This document shows, piece after piece, positions 12,401 to 26,300 of a stretch of DNA of 64,000 bases. Position numbers and translations under genes: made by a program. The notes beneath the pieces are model-generated. The model searched no databases. It was not told the DNA's origin and saw only the letters and a list, made by a program, of their open reading frames with translations. The stretch comes from Balanoglossus misakiensis (lineage: Eukaryota; Animalia; Hemichordata), in contig CM082592.2 in assembly GCA_040954595.2 (NCBI GenBank), positions 1,116,001 through 1,180,000 of the forward strand. Reading direction: 5' to 3'. Within the stretch, counting starts at the first letter, position 1. Each line of letters begins with the position of its first letter.

Positions 12401-14863
12401 GTCACCTAACTGATGTCTATCAAGTTTGCGAAGAGCATTGTGATTGGTCGAAGATTATGGCGGCCATATTGGATTTTCGAAAAACCCTAGTAAAATTTCA
12501 AAAATCTTCTTCTCGAGAACCGGTGATAACCGAGTCACAAGATTTTGTGTGTGTGGTCATTCACCAGATGTCTATCAAGTTTGCGAAGAGGAATGTGATT
12601 GGTCGAAGATTATGGCGGCCATATTGGATTTTGTGAAAAACGATTAAAAAGTAAAATTTCCCTTTCTAGCCTAAAAATTGATAGCACAGAAATTCTTTTT
12701 ATGGATATGGATCATCATATGACTACAATATGCTATAAATATTTTGGTAATTTTGGCAATGACCTTTGACCTACTTTTGACGCATCATTTTTCTGCATAT
12801 CTAATTCCAGGCTAACCAATAGGGCTATAAGTTTGGTTGTTGATGTATGTGGATAAGTGTGTGATCAAAATTTTTTGCTACTTTTCACGACCCCTTTGAC
12901 CCCTGCTGACCTCATTAATTATGTGCATAGCTAATTACAGGCGAACCAATAGACCTAGAGGTTTTGTTTTTGTTGGACAGGACTAGTATGGGGTCAAAAA
13001 ATTTTACCCAAATGTTGGGTGACCTCTGGTGACCTTTGACCTACTTTTGCAAATATCAGCATCCACAGCAGATACAGCCTTGGCGTTTGGAGGTATGGGG
13101 CCATAATGAAAAGCCAAAGTTGTGGGTCACCTGTGACACCTGCTTAACTCATTATTTATGTGCATACTTAATTCCGGGCTAACCAAAAGTGCTATAGGTC
13201 TGGTTTTTGTTGGACATGGACCACTATGGGTCAAAATTTTCTGCCCAAATTATGGGTGACCTCTGGGTGACCTTTGACCTACTTAACACTTTATCAGCAC
13301 TAAACATAGATATAACCATGATATTTCATGGGATAAAACACAGCATTATGTTTCTACTCATTAATTATGTGCATATCTAATAATCAGATCAGATAATAGA
13401 GCTTGGGCCCGGACAATGCTGCTTGCAGCTTTAATTCTTTCTTCTTTCTTTATTCTTGTGTCAATTCTTTGTCGCTCTAGATCTCAGACACCGCTGCAGG
13501 TACACTTCTGAAACTTGCTACAGTGGTCAAGGTCAATGAGTAGTCGTGCATTGAACCTGTGAATTTTTAATTAGTTACGTGACCTGGCGGCCATATTGGA
13601 TTTTCTGAAAAAATGCAAATCTCAGATCTCAGAAACTACAAGTCAGATCGACTTCAAATTTGGTGTGCAGGTAGTCTACCTTCTACCCATCATTTTTGTA
13701 ATTGGATATTTTGCTGTAAATGTTGCAGTTTTTTTGCTACAATTTTTTTTCTGAAATCTGGCTTAAATTTCAAAAATCTTCTTCTCCAGAACCGGTGATA
13801 ACTGAATCACGCGGTTTGGGGTATTTGGTCACCTAACTGATGTCTATCAAGTTTGCGAAGATCATTGTGATTGGTCGAAGATTATGGCGGCCATATTGGA
13901 TTTTCGAAAAACCATAGTAAAACTTCAAAAATCTTCTTCTCAAGAACGGGCGATAACCGAGTCACAAGATTTGGTGTGTGTGGTCATTAAACAGGTGTCT
14001 ATCAAGTTTGCGAAGGGGAATGTGATTGGTCGAAGATTATGGCGGCCATATTGGATTTTGTGAAAAACGATTAAAAAGTAAAAATTCCTTTTCTAGCCTA
14101 AAAATTGATAGCACAGAAATTCTTTTTATGGATATGAATCATCATATGACAAGAATAAGCTATAAATATTTTGGTAATTTTGGCAATGACCTTTGACCTA
14201 CTTTTGACGCATCATTTTTCTGCATATCTAATTCCAGGCTTACCAATAGGGCTATAAGTTTGGTTTTTGATGTATGTGGATTTGTATGTGATCAAAAAAT
14301 GTTGCTACTTTTCATGACCCCTTTGACCTCTGGTGACCTCATTAAATATGCGCATACCTAATTAATGATGAACCAATAGACCTAGAGGTTTTGTTTTTGT
14401 TATACATGGACCAGTATGGGGTCAAAATATTTTGCCCAAATGTTGGGTGACCTCGGGTGACCTTTGACCTACTTTTGCATATCTCGACATCCACAGCAGA
14501 TACAACCTTGGCGTTTGGAGGTATGGGGCCATAATGAAAAGCCAAAGTTTTGGGTCACCTTTGACACCTGCTTAACTCATTATTTATGTGCATACCTAAT
14601 TCCTGGCTAACCAAAAGGGCTAGAGGTCTGGTTTTTGTTGGACATGGACCACTATGGATCAAAATTTTCTGCCCAAATTGTGGGTGACCTCTTGGTGACC
14701 TTTGACCTACTTAACACTATATCAACACCAAACATAGATATAACCTTGATATTTCATGGGATAAAACACAGCATTATGTTTCTACTCATTAATTATGTGC
14801 ATATCTAATAATCTGATCAGATAATAGAGCTTGGGCCCGGACAATGCTGCTTGCAGCTTTAAT

Positions 14864-15045
14864 TAGGGCCCAAGCGCACGCAAGCGCTTGGGCCCTATTG
14901 GTTTCGTTGGGGTTTTTTAGGGCCCAAGCGCATGCAGCGCTTGGGCCCTATTGTTATTATCCTGGTTTTTCTTCTACTTCTTCTTCTTCTTAGGGCCCAA
15001 GCCCAGCAGGCTTGGGCCCTATTGGTATTACTGGGGTTTTTCTTC

Positions 15046-15077
<32 letters not shown>

Positions 15078-15085
15078 CTTCTTCT
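14864..15085 (+). repeat. Stack of 3 element 5' heads followed by a (TTC)n microsatellite
   Basis: Hairpins start at ~14864, 14918 and 14991. The last is a variant, TAGGGCCCAAGCC-CAGCA-GGCTTGGGCCCTA. (TTC)n spans ~15040-15085. Confidence 0.9.
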
Positions 15086-17405
15086 TGTGTCGTGTTTTTG
15101 TCCAGCTAGATCTTGAAAACGGCTGAACCTACAAATCTCACATTTGGCACAATGGTGCAGGGCTATGAGAGCTGGTGCAGTACCCTTGTGAATGTGTAAT
15201 TAGTCATGTGACCTGATGACCATATATGGGCAAAATTTTCAATTTGGCCTAATTTGCATATGAATGGAGATATCAAAATTCTGTTAAGATACTTTGTGGG
15301 CCATATGGCCAGGGTTCTACATGCCAAATGTCAAGGCCATAGGCCATGTCAATTTTGAGAAGAAGATTTTTAAGTATTATTTTTCATATTTTTTTCGCCC
15401 AAGCCATCGGCCTATACTTCACATAGTAAAGCTATGACCACATCGTATTTTGGATAAATATGCATACATATCTCAAAATCTGTTAGGCCGACCATCTCCA
15501 ACTTTGGTGTGCAGCTAGCCTAGCATTTGTCAATAATTTTAAGCGAAAAAAAATAATATGAAAAATCGACCGATTTTTTTATATTAATTTTTTTATTAAA
15601 TTTATACCTTTAATTATACCTCTATGGTTAAGCTATGTCTATGTCTTATTGTGGAATTCAGGTCTGTGCAATAGTCCTGTACAGTGACTGTCTATTGGTC
15701 AGTGAGCACAATAGCACCAAAATAAAAGGCACAAGTTTAGGGCTAGTTATACTTTGCGAAACAACGAAACAGCGAAACGAAACAGCGAAACGACGAAACC
15801 ATTATTAAAATAGGGGCCAGTCATCAAGACGGTGGCGTATTATTTTTTTTTAAAGTTTCCAAATAAGTTCCTGGTCTGCGGCCTGGTACTAGTGGTTGCG
15901 CGCCAAAAAAGAATCCCGCCCCAAAAGGTCAATGTACGAGTATATTCACAGGGCTAGGGATTAGTTGAAACAAAGCAGTAGTGTCCGTAAGCTTTCGAGG
16001 GTCAAACACTGATGGGGGGTAAGAGTAGTAGTTATATATAGAAACACATGTAACTCACACAACACAGTATCATTGTCGAAATTTCTTTATTATCTTAATT
16101 GCAATTCATGCCTCCCCGCCTTGTGGTATTTAAGGAAATAGTGTCAGTTGCTGCCGCATTTTGAGGTTTCGATCTTTTGTGGTTTCGTTGTGCGCGCGCG
16201 TATATTCACTGTGTATATGTAGCAGTTTGGCATGAATCGTTTGCGCGCACACGACGTCGACTCTACCACTACATAGTACCAGGCCGCAGACCAGGAACTG
16301 GCGACCCGCCGTTTGTTTCCAACGCCAAATTCTAATGTTGAATTTCCGAGAAAACAATTTATCTGACCTGTAGTTTTCTTGGCTCGCTTACGTTTTAATT
16401 TGGAAACTTTTAAAAAAATCATACGCCACCGTCTTGATGACTGGCCCCTATTTTAATAATGGTTTCGTCGTTTCGCTGTTTCGTTGTTTCGCAAAGTATA
16501 ACTAGCCCAAGTTTAGTCTCACCTGTAACACCTGCTTAACTCATTAATTATGTGCATACCTAATTCTGGGCTAACTAAGAGGGCTAGAGGTTTCGTTCTT
16601 GTGAGACATGGACCAGTATAGGGTCAAAATTTCTTGCCCAAATTTTGGGTGACCTCAGGTGACCTTTGACCTACTTTCCTATATCTCGGCATCCACAGCA
16701 GGTACAGACTTGGCGTTTGGAGGGTTGGGACTAAAGTTGAAAAGCCAAAATGGGGGTCACCTGTGACACCTGCATATCTCATTAATTATGTGCATACCTA
16801 ATTACAGGCTAACCAGTAGGGTTAGAGGTTTCGTGCTTGTGGGACATGGACCAGTATGGGGTTAAAAAAAATTGCCTAAATTTTGGATGACCTCAGGTGA
16901 CCTTTGACCTACTTTCCTATATTTCCGCATCCAGAGCAGGTACAGACTTGGCGTTTGGAGGGTTGGGACTAAAATTGAAAAGCCAAAATTGGGGTCACCT
17001 GTGACACCTGCTTATCTCATTAATTATGTGCATACCTAATTCCAGGCTAACCAATAGGGCTAGAGGTTTGATTTATGCTGAACATGGACCAGTATGGGGT
17101 CAAAATTTTTTGCCCAAATTTTGGGTGACCTCAGGTGACCTTTGACCTAATTTACCATATCTCGGCATCCACAGCAGATACAGCCTTGGCATTTGGAGGG
17201 ATGGAACTCCTGATGGAGCCTTACACTTTATCTCATTAATTATGCGCATACCTAATTGTAGGCGAACCAATAGGGCTAGAGATTTTGTTCTTGTGGGACA
17301 CGGACCAGTATGGGGTCAAAATTTCTTGCCAAAATTTCGGGTGACCGCTTATGACCTTTGACCTTCGGCTTAAGCTTGGGCCCGTCATCGCTGCTTGCAG
17401 CTATA
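14991..17405 (+). mobile_element. Complete divergent-subfamily (type C) Helentron-like element interrupted by a TIR transposon
   Basis: It has its own head variant, a distinct body (15086-15740), internal repeat variants (GGAGGGTTGGGACTAAA) and a distinct tail AAGCTTGGGCCC-GTCATC-GCTGCTTGCAGC-TATA. An inverted sister copy lies at ~52700-54260. Confidence 0.8.
15741..16507. mobile_element. 767-bp non-autonomous TIR DNA transposon with a 9-bp TSD (Mutator/MULE-like; Merlin not excluded)
   Basis: TIRs of ~100-115 bp read GGCTAGTTATACTTTGCGAAACAACGAAAC... and ...GTTTCGTTGTTTCGCAAAGTATAACTAGCC. The TSD CAAGTTTAG is at 15732-15740 and 16508-16516. The sister copy at ~53581-53610 (minus strand) shows a single empty site, GGCACAATTTTAGGCTCACC. 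Confidence 0.9.
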
Positions 17406-20277
17406 TTTCTTTCTTTATTCTTGTGTCAATTCTTTGTCGCTCTAGATCTCAGACACCACTGCAGGTACACTTCTGAAACTTGCTACAGTGGTCAAGGTCA
17501 ATGAGTAGTCGTGCATTGAACCTGTGAATTTTTAATTAGTCACGTGACCTGGCGGCCATCTTGGATTTTCTGAAAAAATGCAAATCTCAGATCTCAGAAA
17601 CTACAAGTCAGATCAACTTCAAATTTGGCATGCTGGTAGACTACCTTCTGCCCATCATTTTTGTAATTGGAACTTATGCTGACAATGTTGCAGTTTTTTT
17701 GCTACAATTTTATTTCTGAAATCTGGCTTAAATTTCAAAAATCTTCTTCTCCAGAACCGGTGATAACCGAGACACGGGGTTTGGGGTATGTGGTCACCTA
17801 TCTGATGTCTATCAAGTTTGCGAAAATCATTGTGATTGGTCGAAGATTATGGCGGCCATATTGGATTTTCGAAAAACCATAGTAAAACTTCAAAAATCTT
17901 CTTCTCAAGAACCGGCGATAATTGAGTCACACGATTTGGGGAGTATGGTCACTATACTGATGTCTATCAAGTTTGCAAAGAGCATTGTGATTGGTCGAAG
18001 ATTATGGCGGCCATATTGGATTTTGCGAAAAACGATTAAAAAGTAAAAATTCCCTTTCTAGCCTAAAAATTGATAGCACAGAAATTCTTTTTATGGATAT
18101 GAATCATCATATGACTACAATGTGCTATAAATATTTTGGTAATTTTGGCAATGACCTTTGACCTACTTTTGATGCATCATTTTTCTGCATATCTTATTCC
18201 AGGCTAACCAATAGGGCTATAAGTTTGGTTTTTGAAGTATGTGGATTAGTGTGTGATCAAAATATTTTGCTACTTTTCACGACCCCTTTGACCCCTGCTG
18301 ACCTCATTAATTATGTGCATAGCTAATTACAGGCGAACGAATAGACCTAGAGGTTTTGTTTTTGTTGGAGAGGACCAGTATGGGGTCAAATGTTTTTACC
18401 CAAATGTTGGGTGACCTCTGGTGACCTTTGACCTACTTTCGCAAATCTCAGCATCCACAGCAGATACAGCCTTGGCGTTTGGAGGTATGGGGCCATAATG
18501 AAAAGCCAAAGTTTTTGGTCATCTGTGACACCTGCTTAACTCATTATTTATGTGCATACCTAATTCCGGGCTAATTAAAAGGGCTAGAGGTCTGGTTTTT
18601 GTTGGACATGGACCACTATGGGTCAAAATTTTCTGCCCAAATTGTGGGTGACCTCTGGGTGACCTTTGACCTACTTAACACTATATCAGCACTAAACATA
18701 GATATAATCTTGATATTTCATGGGATAAAACACAACATTATGTTTCTACTCATTAATTATGTGCATATCTAATAATCAGATCAGATAATAGAGCTTGGGC
18801 CCGGACAATGCTGCTTGCAGCTTTAATCTGTCTTTCCTTCTTTCTTTCTTCTTTCTTTCTTTATTCTTATGTCAATTCTTTGTCGCTCTAGATCTCAGAC
18901 ACCACTGCAGGTACAGTTTTCAAACTTGCTACAGTGATCAAGGTCAATGAGTAGACGTGCATTGAACCCATGAATTTTTAATTAGTCACGTGACCTGGCG
19001 GCCATATTGGATTTACTGAAAAAATGCAAATCTCAGATCTCAGAAACTACAAGTCAGATCGACTTCAAATTTGGCGTGCAGGTAGACTACCTTCTGTCAA
19101 TCATTTTTGTAATTGGAAATTATGCTGACAAAGTTGCAGTTTTTTTGCTACAATTTTTTTTTCTGAAATCTGGCTTAAATTTCAAAAATCTTCTTCTCCA
19201 GAACCGGTGATAACCGAGACACGGGGTTTGGGGTATGTGGTCACCTAACTGATGTCTATCAAGTTTGCGAAGATCATTGTGATTGGTCGAAGATTATGGC
19301 GGCCATATTGGATTTTCGAAAAACCCTAGTAAAATTTCAAAAATCTTCTTCTCAAGAACCGGCGATAACCGAGTCACAAAATTTGGTGTGTGTGGTCATT
19401 AAACAGATGTCTATCAAGTTTGCGAAGGGGAATGTGATTGGTCGAAGATTATGGCGGCCATATTGGATTTTGTGAAAAATGATTAAAAAGTAAAAATTCC
19501 CTTTCTAGCCTAAAAATTGATAGCACAGAAATTCTTTTTATGGATATGAATCATCATATGCCAAGAATAAGCTATAAATATTTTGGTAATTTTGGCAATG
19601 ACCTTTAACCTACTTTTGACGCATCATTTTTCTGCATATCTAATTCCAGGCTAACCAATAGGGCTATAAGTTTTGTTTTTGATGTATGTGGATTTGTATG
19701 TGATCAAAAAAATGTTGCTACTTTTCATGACCCCTTTGACCTCTGCTGACCTCATTAAATATGCACATACCTAATTTAAGATGAACCAATAGACCTAGAG
19801 GTTTGGTTTTTTTAGACATGGATCAGTATGGGGTCAAAATAATTTGCCCAAATTTTGGGTGACCTTTGACCTACTTTCGCATTTCTCGGCATCCAAAGCA
19901 GATACAGCCTTGGCATTTGGAAGTATGGGGCCATAATGAAAAGCCAAAGTTTTGGGTCACCTGTGACACCTGCTTTACTCATTATTTATGTGCATACCTG
20001 ATTCCGGGCTAACCAAAAGGGCTAGAGGTCTGGTTTTTGTTGGACATGGACCACTATGGGTCAAAATTTTCTGCCCAAATTGTGGGTGACCTCTGGGTGA
20101 CCTTTGACCTACTTAACACTATATCAGCACCAAACATAGATATAACCTTGATATTTCATGGGATAAAACACAGCATTATGTTTCTACTCATTAATTATGT
20201 GCATATCTAATAATCAGATCAGATAATAGAGCTTGGGCCCCGACAATGCTGCTTGCAGCTTTAATTCTTTCTTTCTT

Positions 20278-20392
20278 TAGGGCCCAAGCGCATACCAGCG
20301 CTTGGGCCCTATTGGTTTCGTTGGGGTTTTTCTTTCTTAGGGCCCAAGCGCATACCAGCGCTTGGGCCCTATTGGTTTCGTCTGGGTTTTTC
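20278..20392 (+). repeat. Stack of 2 element 5' heads
   Basis: Hairpins TAGGGCCCAAGCGC-ATACCA-GCGCTTGGGCCCTA at ~20278 and 20338. Confidence 0.9.
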
Positions 20393-23300
20393 TGTCTTTC
20401 CTTCTTTCTTCTTTCTTTCTTTATTCTTGTGTCAATTCTTTGTCGCTCTAGATCTCAGACACCGCTGCAGGTACACTTCTGAAACTTGCTACAGTGGTCA
20501 AGGTCAATGAGTAGTCGTGCATTGAACCTGTGAATTTTTAATTAGTCACGTGACCTGGCGGCCATCTTGGATTTTCTAAAAAAATGCAAATCTCAGATCT
20601 CAGAAACTACAAGTCAGATCAACTTCAAATTTGGCATGCTGGTAGACTACCTTTTGCCTATCATTTTTGTAATTGGAAATTATGCTGACAATGTTGCAGT
20701 TTTTTTGCTACAATTTTTTTTCTGAAATCTGGCTTAAATTTCAAAAATCTTCTTCTCCAGAACCGACGATAACCGAGTCACGCCGTTTGGGGTATGTGGT
20801 CACCTAACAGATGTCTATCAAGTTTGCGAAGATCATTGTGATTGGTCGAAGATTATGGCGGCCATATTGGATTTTCGAAAAACCATAGTAAAACTTCAAA
20901 AATCTTCTTCTCCAGAACTGGCGATAACCGAGTCACAAGATTTGGTGTGTGTGATCATTAAACAGATGTCTATCAAGTTTGCGAAGGGGAATGTGATTGG
21001 TCGAAGATTATGGCGGCCATATTGGATTTTGTGAAAAACGATTAAAAAGTAAAAATTCCTTTTCTAGCCTAAAAATTGATAGCACAGAAATTCTTTTTAT
21101 GGATATGAATCATCATATGACAAGAATAAGCTATAAATATTTTGGTAATTTTGGCAATGACCTTTGACCTACTTTTGACGAATCATTTTTCTGCATATCT
21201 AATTCCAGGCTAACCAATAGGGCTATAAGTTTGGTTTTTGATGTATGTGGATTTGTATGTGATCAAAAAATTTTGCTACTTTTCATGACCCCTTTGACCT
21301 CTGGTGACCTCATTAAATATGCGCATACCTAATTACAGATTAACCAATAGACCTAAAGGTTTGGGGTTTTTTGGACATGGATCAGTATGGGGTCAAAATA
21401 TTTTGCCCAAATGTTGGGTGACCTCCGGTGACCTTTGACCTACTTTTGCATATCTCGGCATCCAAAGCAGGTACAGCCTTGGCATTTGCAGATATGGGGC
21501 CATAATGAAAAGCCAAAGTTTTGGGTCACCTGTGACCTCTGCTGACCTCATTAATTATGTGCATAACTGATTACAGGTGAACCAATACAGCTAGAGGTCT
21601 GGTTTTTATTGGACATGGACCACTATGGGTAAACATTTTCTGCCCAAATTTTGGGTGACCTCAGATGACCTTTGACCTACTTTTGCATATCTCGGCATCC
21701 AAAGCAGGTACAGCCTTGGCATTTGGAGATATGGGGCCATAATGAAAAGCCAATGTTTTGGGTCACCTGTGACACCTGCTTAACTCATTATTTATGTACA
21801 TACCTAATTCCGGGCTAACCAAAAGGGCTAGAGGTCTGGTTTTTATTGGACATTGACCACTATGGGTCAAAATATTCTGCCCAAATTGTGGGTGACCCCT
21901 GGGTGACCTTTGACCTACTTAACACTATATCAGCACCAAACATAGATATAACCTTGATATTTCATGGGATAAAACACTGCATTATGTTTCTACTCATTAA
22001 TTATGTGCATATCTAATAATCAGATCAGATAATAGAGCTTGGGCCCGGACAATGCTGCTTGCAGCTTTAATTTCTTTCTTTATTCTTCTGTCATTTCTTT
22101 GTCGCTCTAGATCTCAGACACCGCTGCAGGTACACTTCTCAAACTTGCTACAGTGGTCAAGGTCAATGGGTAGTCGTGCATTGAACTCTTGAATTTTTAA
22201 TTAGTCACGTGACATGGCGGCCATATTGGATTTTCTGAAAAAATGCAAATCTCAGATCTCAGAAACTACAAGTCAGATTTACTTCAGATTTGGTGTGCTG
22301 GTAGTGTACCTCTTGCCCATCATTTTTGTAATTGGATATTTTGCTGTCAATGTTGCAGTTTTTTTGCTACAGTTGTTTTTCTGAAATCTGGTCAAAATTT
22401 CAAAAATCTTCTTCTCCAGAACCAGCGATAACCGAGTCACGCGGTTTGGGGTATTTGGTCACCAAGCTGAGGTCTATCAAGTTTGCGAAGATCATTGTGA
22501 TTGGTCGAAGATTATGGCGGCCATATTGGATTTTCGAAAAACCCTAGTAAAATTTCAAAAATCTTCTTCTCAAGAACCGGTGATAACCGAGTCACAAGAT
22601 TTGGTGTGTGTGGTCATTAAACAGATGTCTATCAAGTTTGCGAAGAGGAATGTGATTGGTCGAAGATTATGGCGGCCATATTGGATTTTGTGAAAAACGA
22701 TTAAAAAGTAAAAATTCCCTTTCTAGCCTAAAAATTGATAGCACAGAAATTCTTTTTACGGATATGAATCATCATATGCCAAGAATAAGCTATCAATATT
22801 TTGGTAATTTTGGCAATGACCTTTGACCTACTTTTGACGCATGATTTTTCTGCATATCTAATTCCAGGCTAACCAATAGGGCTATAAGTTTGGTTTTTGA
22901 TGTATGTGGATTTGTATGTGATTCAAAAATTTTGCTACTTTTCATGACCCCTTTGACCTCTCCTGACCTCATTAAATATGCACATACCTAATTACAGATG
23001 AACCAATAGACCTAGAGGTTTTGTTTTTGTTATACATGGACGAGTATGGGGTCAAAATATTTTGCCCAAATGTTGGGTGACCTCGGGTGACTTTGACCTA
23101 CTTTTGCATATCTCGACATCCACAGCAGATACAGCCTTGGCGTTTGGAGGTATGGGGCCATAATGAAAAGCCAAAGTTTTGGGTCACCTGTGACACCTGC
23201 TTAACTCATTAATTATGTGCATACCTAATTCTAGGCTAACCAAAAGGGCTAGAGGTCTGGTTTTTGTTGGACATGGACCACTATGGGTCAACATTTTCTG

Positions 23301-26300
23301 CCCAAATGTTGGGTGACCTCTGGGTGACCTTTGACCTACTTAACACTTTAACAGCACCAAACATAGATATAACCTTGATATTTCATGGGATAAAACAGCA
23401 TTATGTTTCTACTCATTAATTATGTGCATATCTAATATCAGATCAGATAATAGAGCTTGGGCCCGGACAATGCTGCTTGCAGCTTTAATTCTTTCTTTCT
23501 TTCTTTCTTTATTCTTGTGTCAATTCTTCGGCCAACTAAATCTCAGAAACTACTGCAGGTACACTGCTCAAACTTGCTACAGTGGTCAAGGTCAATGAGT
23601 AGATGTGCAGTGGTTTGTGAATACTTAATTAGACACGTGACCTGGCGGCCATATTGGATTTTCTGAAAAAATGCAAATCTCAGATCTCAGAAACTACAAG
23701 TCAGATCGACTTCAAATTTGGCATGCAGGTAGACTACCTTCTACCCATCATTTTTATAATTGGAAATTTTGCTGTCAATGTTACAGTTTTTTTGCTACAA
23801 TTTTTTTTCTGAAATCTGGCTTAAATTTCAAAAATCTTCTTCTCCAGAACCGATGATAACCGAGACACGCGGTTTAGGGTATGTGGTCACCTAACTGATG
23901 TCTATCAAGTTTGCGAAGATCATTGTGATTGGTCGAAGATTATGGCGGCCATATTGGATTTTCGAAAAACCATAGTTAAACTACAAAAATCTTCTTCTCC
24001 AGAACGGGCGATGACTGAGTCGCAAGATTCAGGGAGTATGGTCACTACACTGATGTCTATCAAGTTTGCAAAGAGCATTGTGATTGGTCGAAGATTATGG
24101 CGGCCATATTGGATTTTGTAAAAAGCAGTGAAAAATTTAAATTCCTTTTTCTAGTCTAAAAATTGATAGCATACAAATTCTTTTAATGGATATCAATCGT
24201 CATGTGACTGAAATATGTTACAATTTTTTGGCGATTTTTCACATGACCTTTGACCTACTTATCACGCGTTATTATTTTTGCATATCTAATTCCAGGCTAA
24301 CCTATAGGGCTGGATGTTTGGTTTTTGATGAATGTGGATTAGTGTGTGATCAAAATATTTTGCTACTTTTCATGACCACTTTGACCTCTGCCGACCTCAT
24401 TAATTATGTGCATAGCTAATTACAGGCGAACCGATAGAGCTAGAGGTTTGGTTTGTGTTGGACATAGACCAGTATGGGATCAACATTTTTTGCCCAAATG
24501 TTGGGTGACCTCTGGTGACCTTTGACCTACTTTCGCATATCTCAGCATCCAGAGCAGATACAGCCATGACATTTGGCAGGATGGGACCAAAATGTAAAGC
24601 CACATTTTTGGGTCACCTGTGACACCTGCTGACCTCATTAAATATGCACATACCTAATTACAGCTGAACCAATAGAGCTAGAGTTTTGGTTTTTGTTGGA
24701 CATGGACCAGTATGGATCAAAAAAATTTGCCCAAATCTTGGGTGACCTCAGGTGACCTTTGACCTACTTCACCCTATTTCAGCAGCAAAAATACACACAT
24801 CCTTGTTATGTCATCAGATAATACACCCGATAGAAAATTATGTTTCTTCTCATTCATACTGTTCATATATAATTCGAGATCAGCGCTTGGGCCCGACAAT
24901 GCTGCTTGCAGCTTTAATTCTGTCTTTCTTTCTTTTTTCTTGTGTCATTTCTTTGTCGCTCTAGATCTCAGACACCTCTGCAGGTACACTTCTCAAACTT
25001 GCTACAATGGTCAAGGTCAATGAGTAGTCGTGCATTGAACTCTTGAATTTTTAATTAGTCACGTGACATGGCGGCCATATTGGATTTTCTGAAAAAATGC
25101 AAATCTCAGATCTCAGAAACTACAAGTCAGATCGACTTCAGATTTGGTGTGCTGGTAGTGTACCTTCTGCCCATCATTTTTGTAATTGGATATTTTGCTG
25201 TAAATGTTGCAGTTTTTTTGCTACATTTGTTTTTCTGAAATCTGGTCAAAATTTCAAAAATCTTCTTCTCCAGAACCGGAGATAACCGAGTCACGCGGTT
25301 AGGGGTATGTGGTCACCAAACTGAGGTCTATCAAGTTTGCGAAGATCATTGTGATTGGTCGAAGATTATGGCGGCCATATTGGATTTTCGAAAAACCCTA
25401 GTAAAATTTCAAAAATCTTCTTCTAAAGAACCGGCGATAACCGAGTCACAAGATTTGGTGTGTGTGGTCATTGAACAGATGTCTATCAAGTTTGCGAAGA
25501 GGAATGTGATTGGTCGAAGATTATGGCGGCCATATTGGATTTTGTGAAAAACGATTAAAAAGTAAAAATTCCCTTTCTAGCCTAAAAATTGATAGCACAG
25601 ACATTCTTTTTATGGATATGAATCATCATATGCCAAGAATAAGCTATAAATATTTTGGTAATTTTGGCAATGACCTTTGACCTACTTTTGACGCATCATT
25701 TTTCTGCATATCTAATTCCAGGCTACCCAATAGGGCTATAAGTTTGGTTTTTGATGTATGTGGATTTGTATGTGATCAAAAATTTTTGCTACTTTTCATG
25801 ACCCCTTTGACCTTTGCTGACCTCATTAAATATGCACATACCTAATTACAAATGAACCAATAGACCTAGAGGTTTTGTTTTTGTTATACATGGACCAGTA
25901 TGGGGTCAAAATATTTTGCCCAAATGTTGGGTGACCTCGGGTGACCTTTGACCTACTTTTGCATATCTCGACATCCACAGCAGATACAGCCTTGGCGTTT
26001 GGAGGTATGGGGCCATAATGAAAAGCCAAAGTTTTGGGTCACCTGTGACACCTGCTTAACTCATTAATTATGTGCATACCTAATTCCAGGCTAACCAAAA
26101 GGGCTAGAGGTCTGGTTTTTGTTGGACATGGACCACTATGGGTCAAAATTTTCTGCCCAAATTGTGGGTGACCTCTTGGTGACCTTTGACCTACTTAACA
26201 TTATATCAACACCAAACATAGATATAACCTTGATATTTCGTGGGATAAAACACAGCATTATGTTTCTTCTCATTAATTATGTGCATATCTAATAATCAGA

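Noticed and set aside
16130-16422. Transposase remnant inside the TIR element
   Set aside because: The short ORFs overlap the inverted repeats and show no DDE-like motifs.
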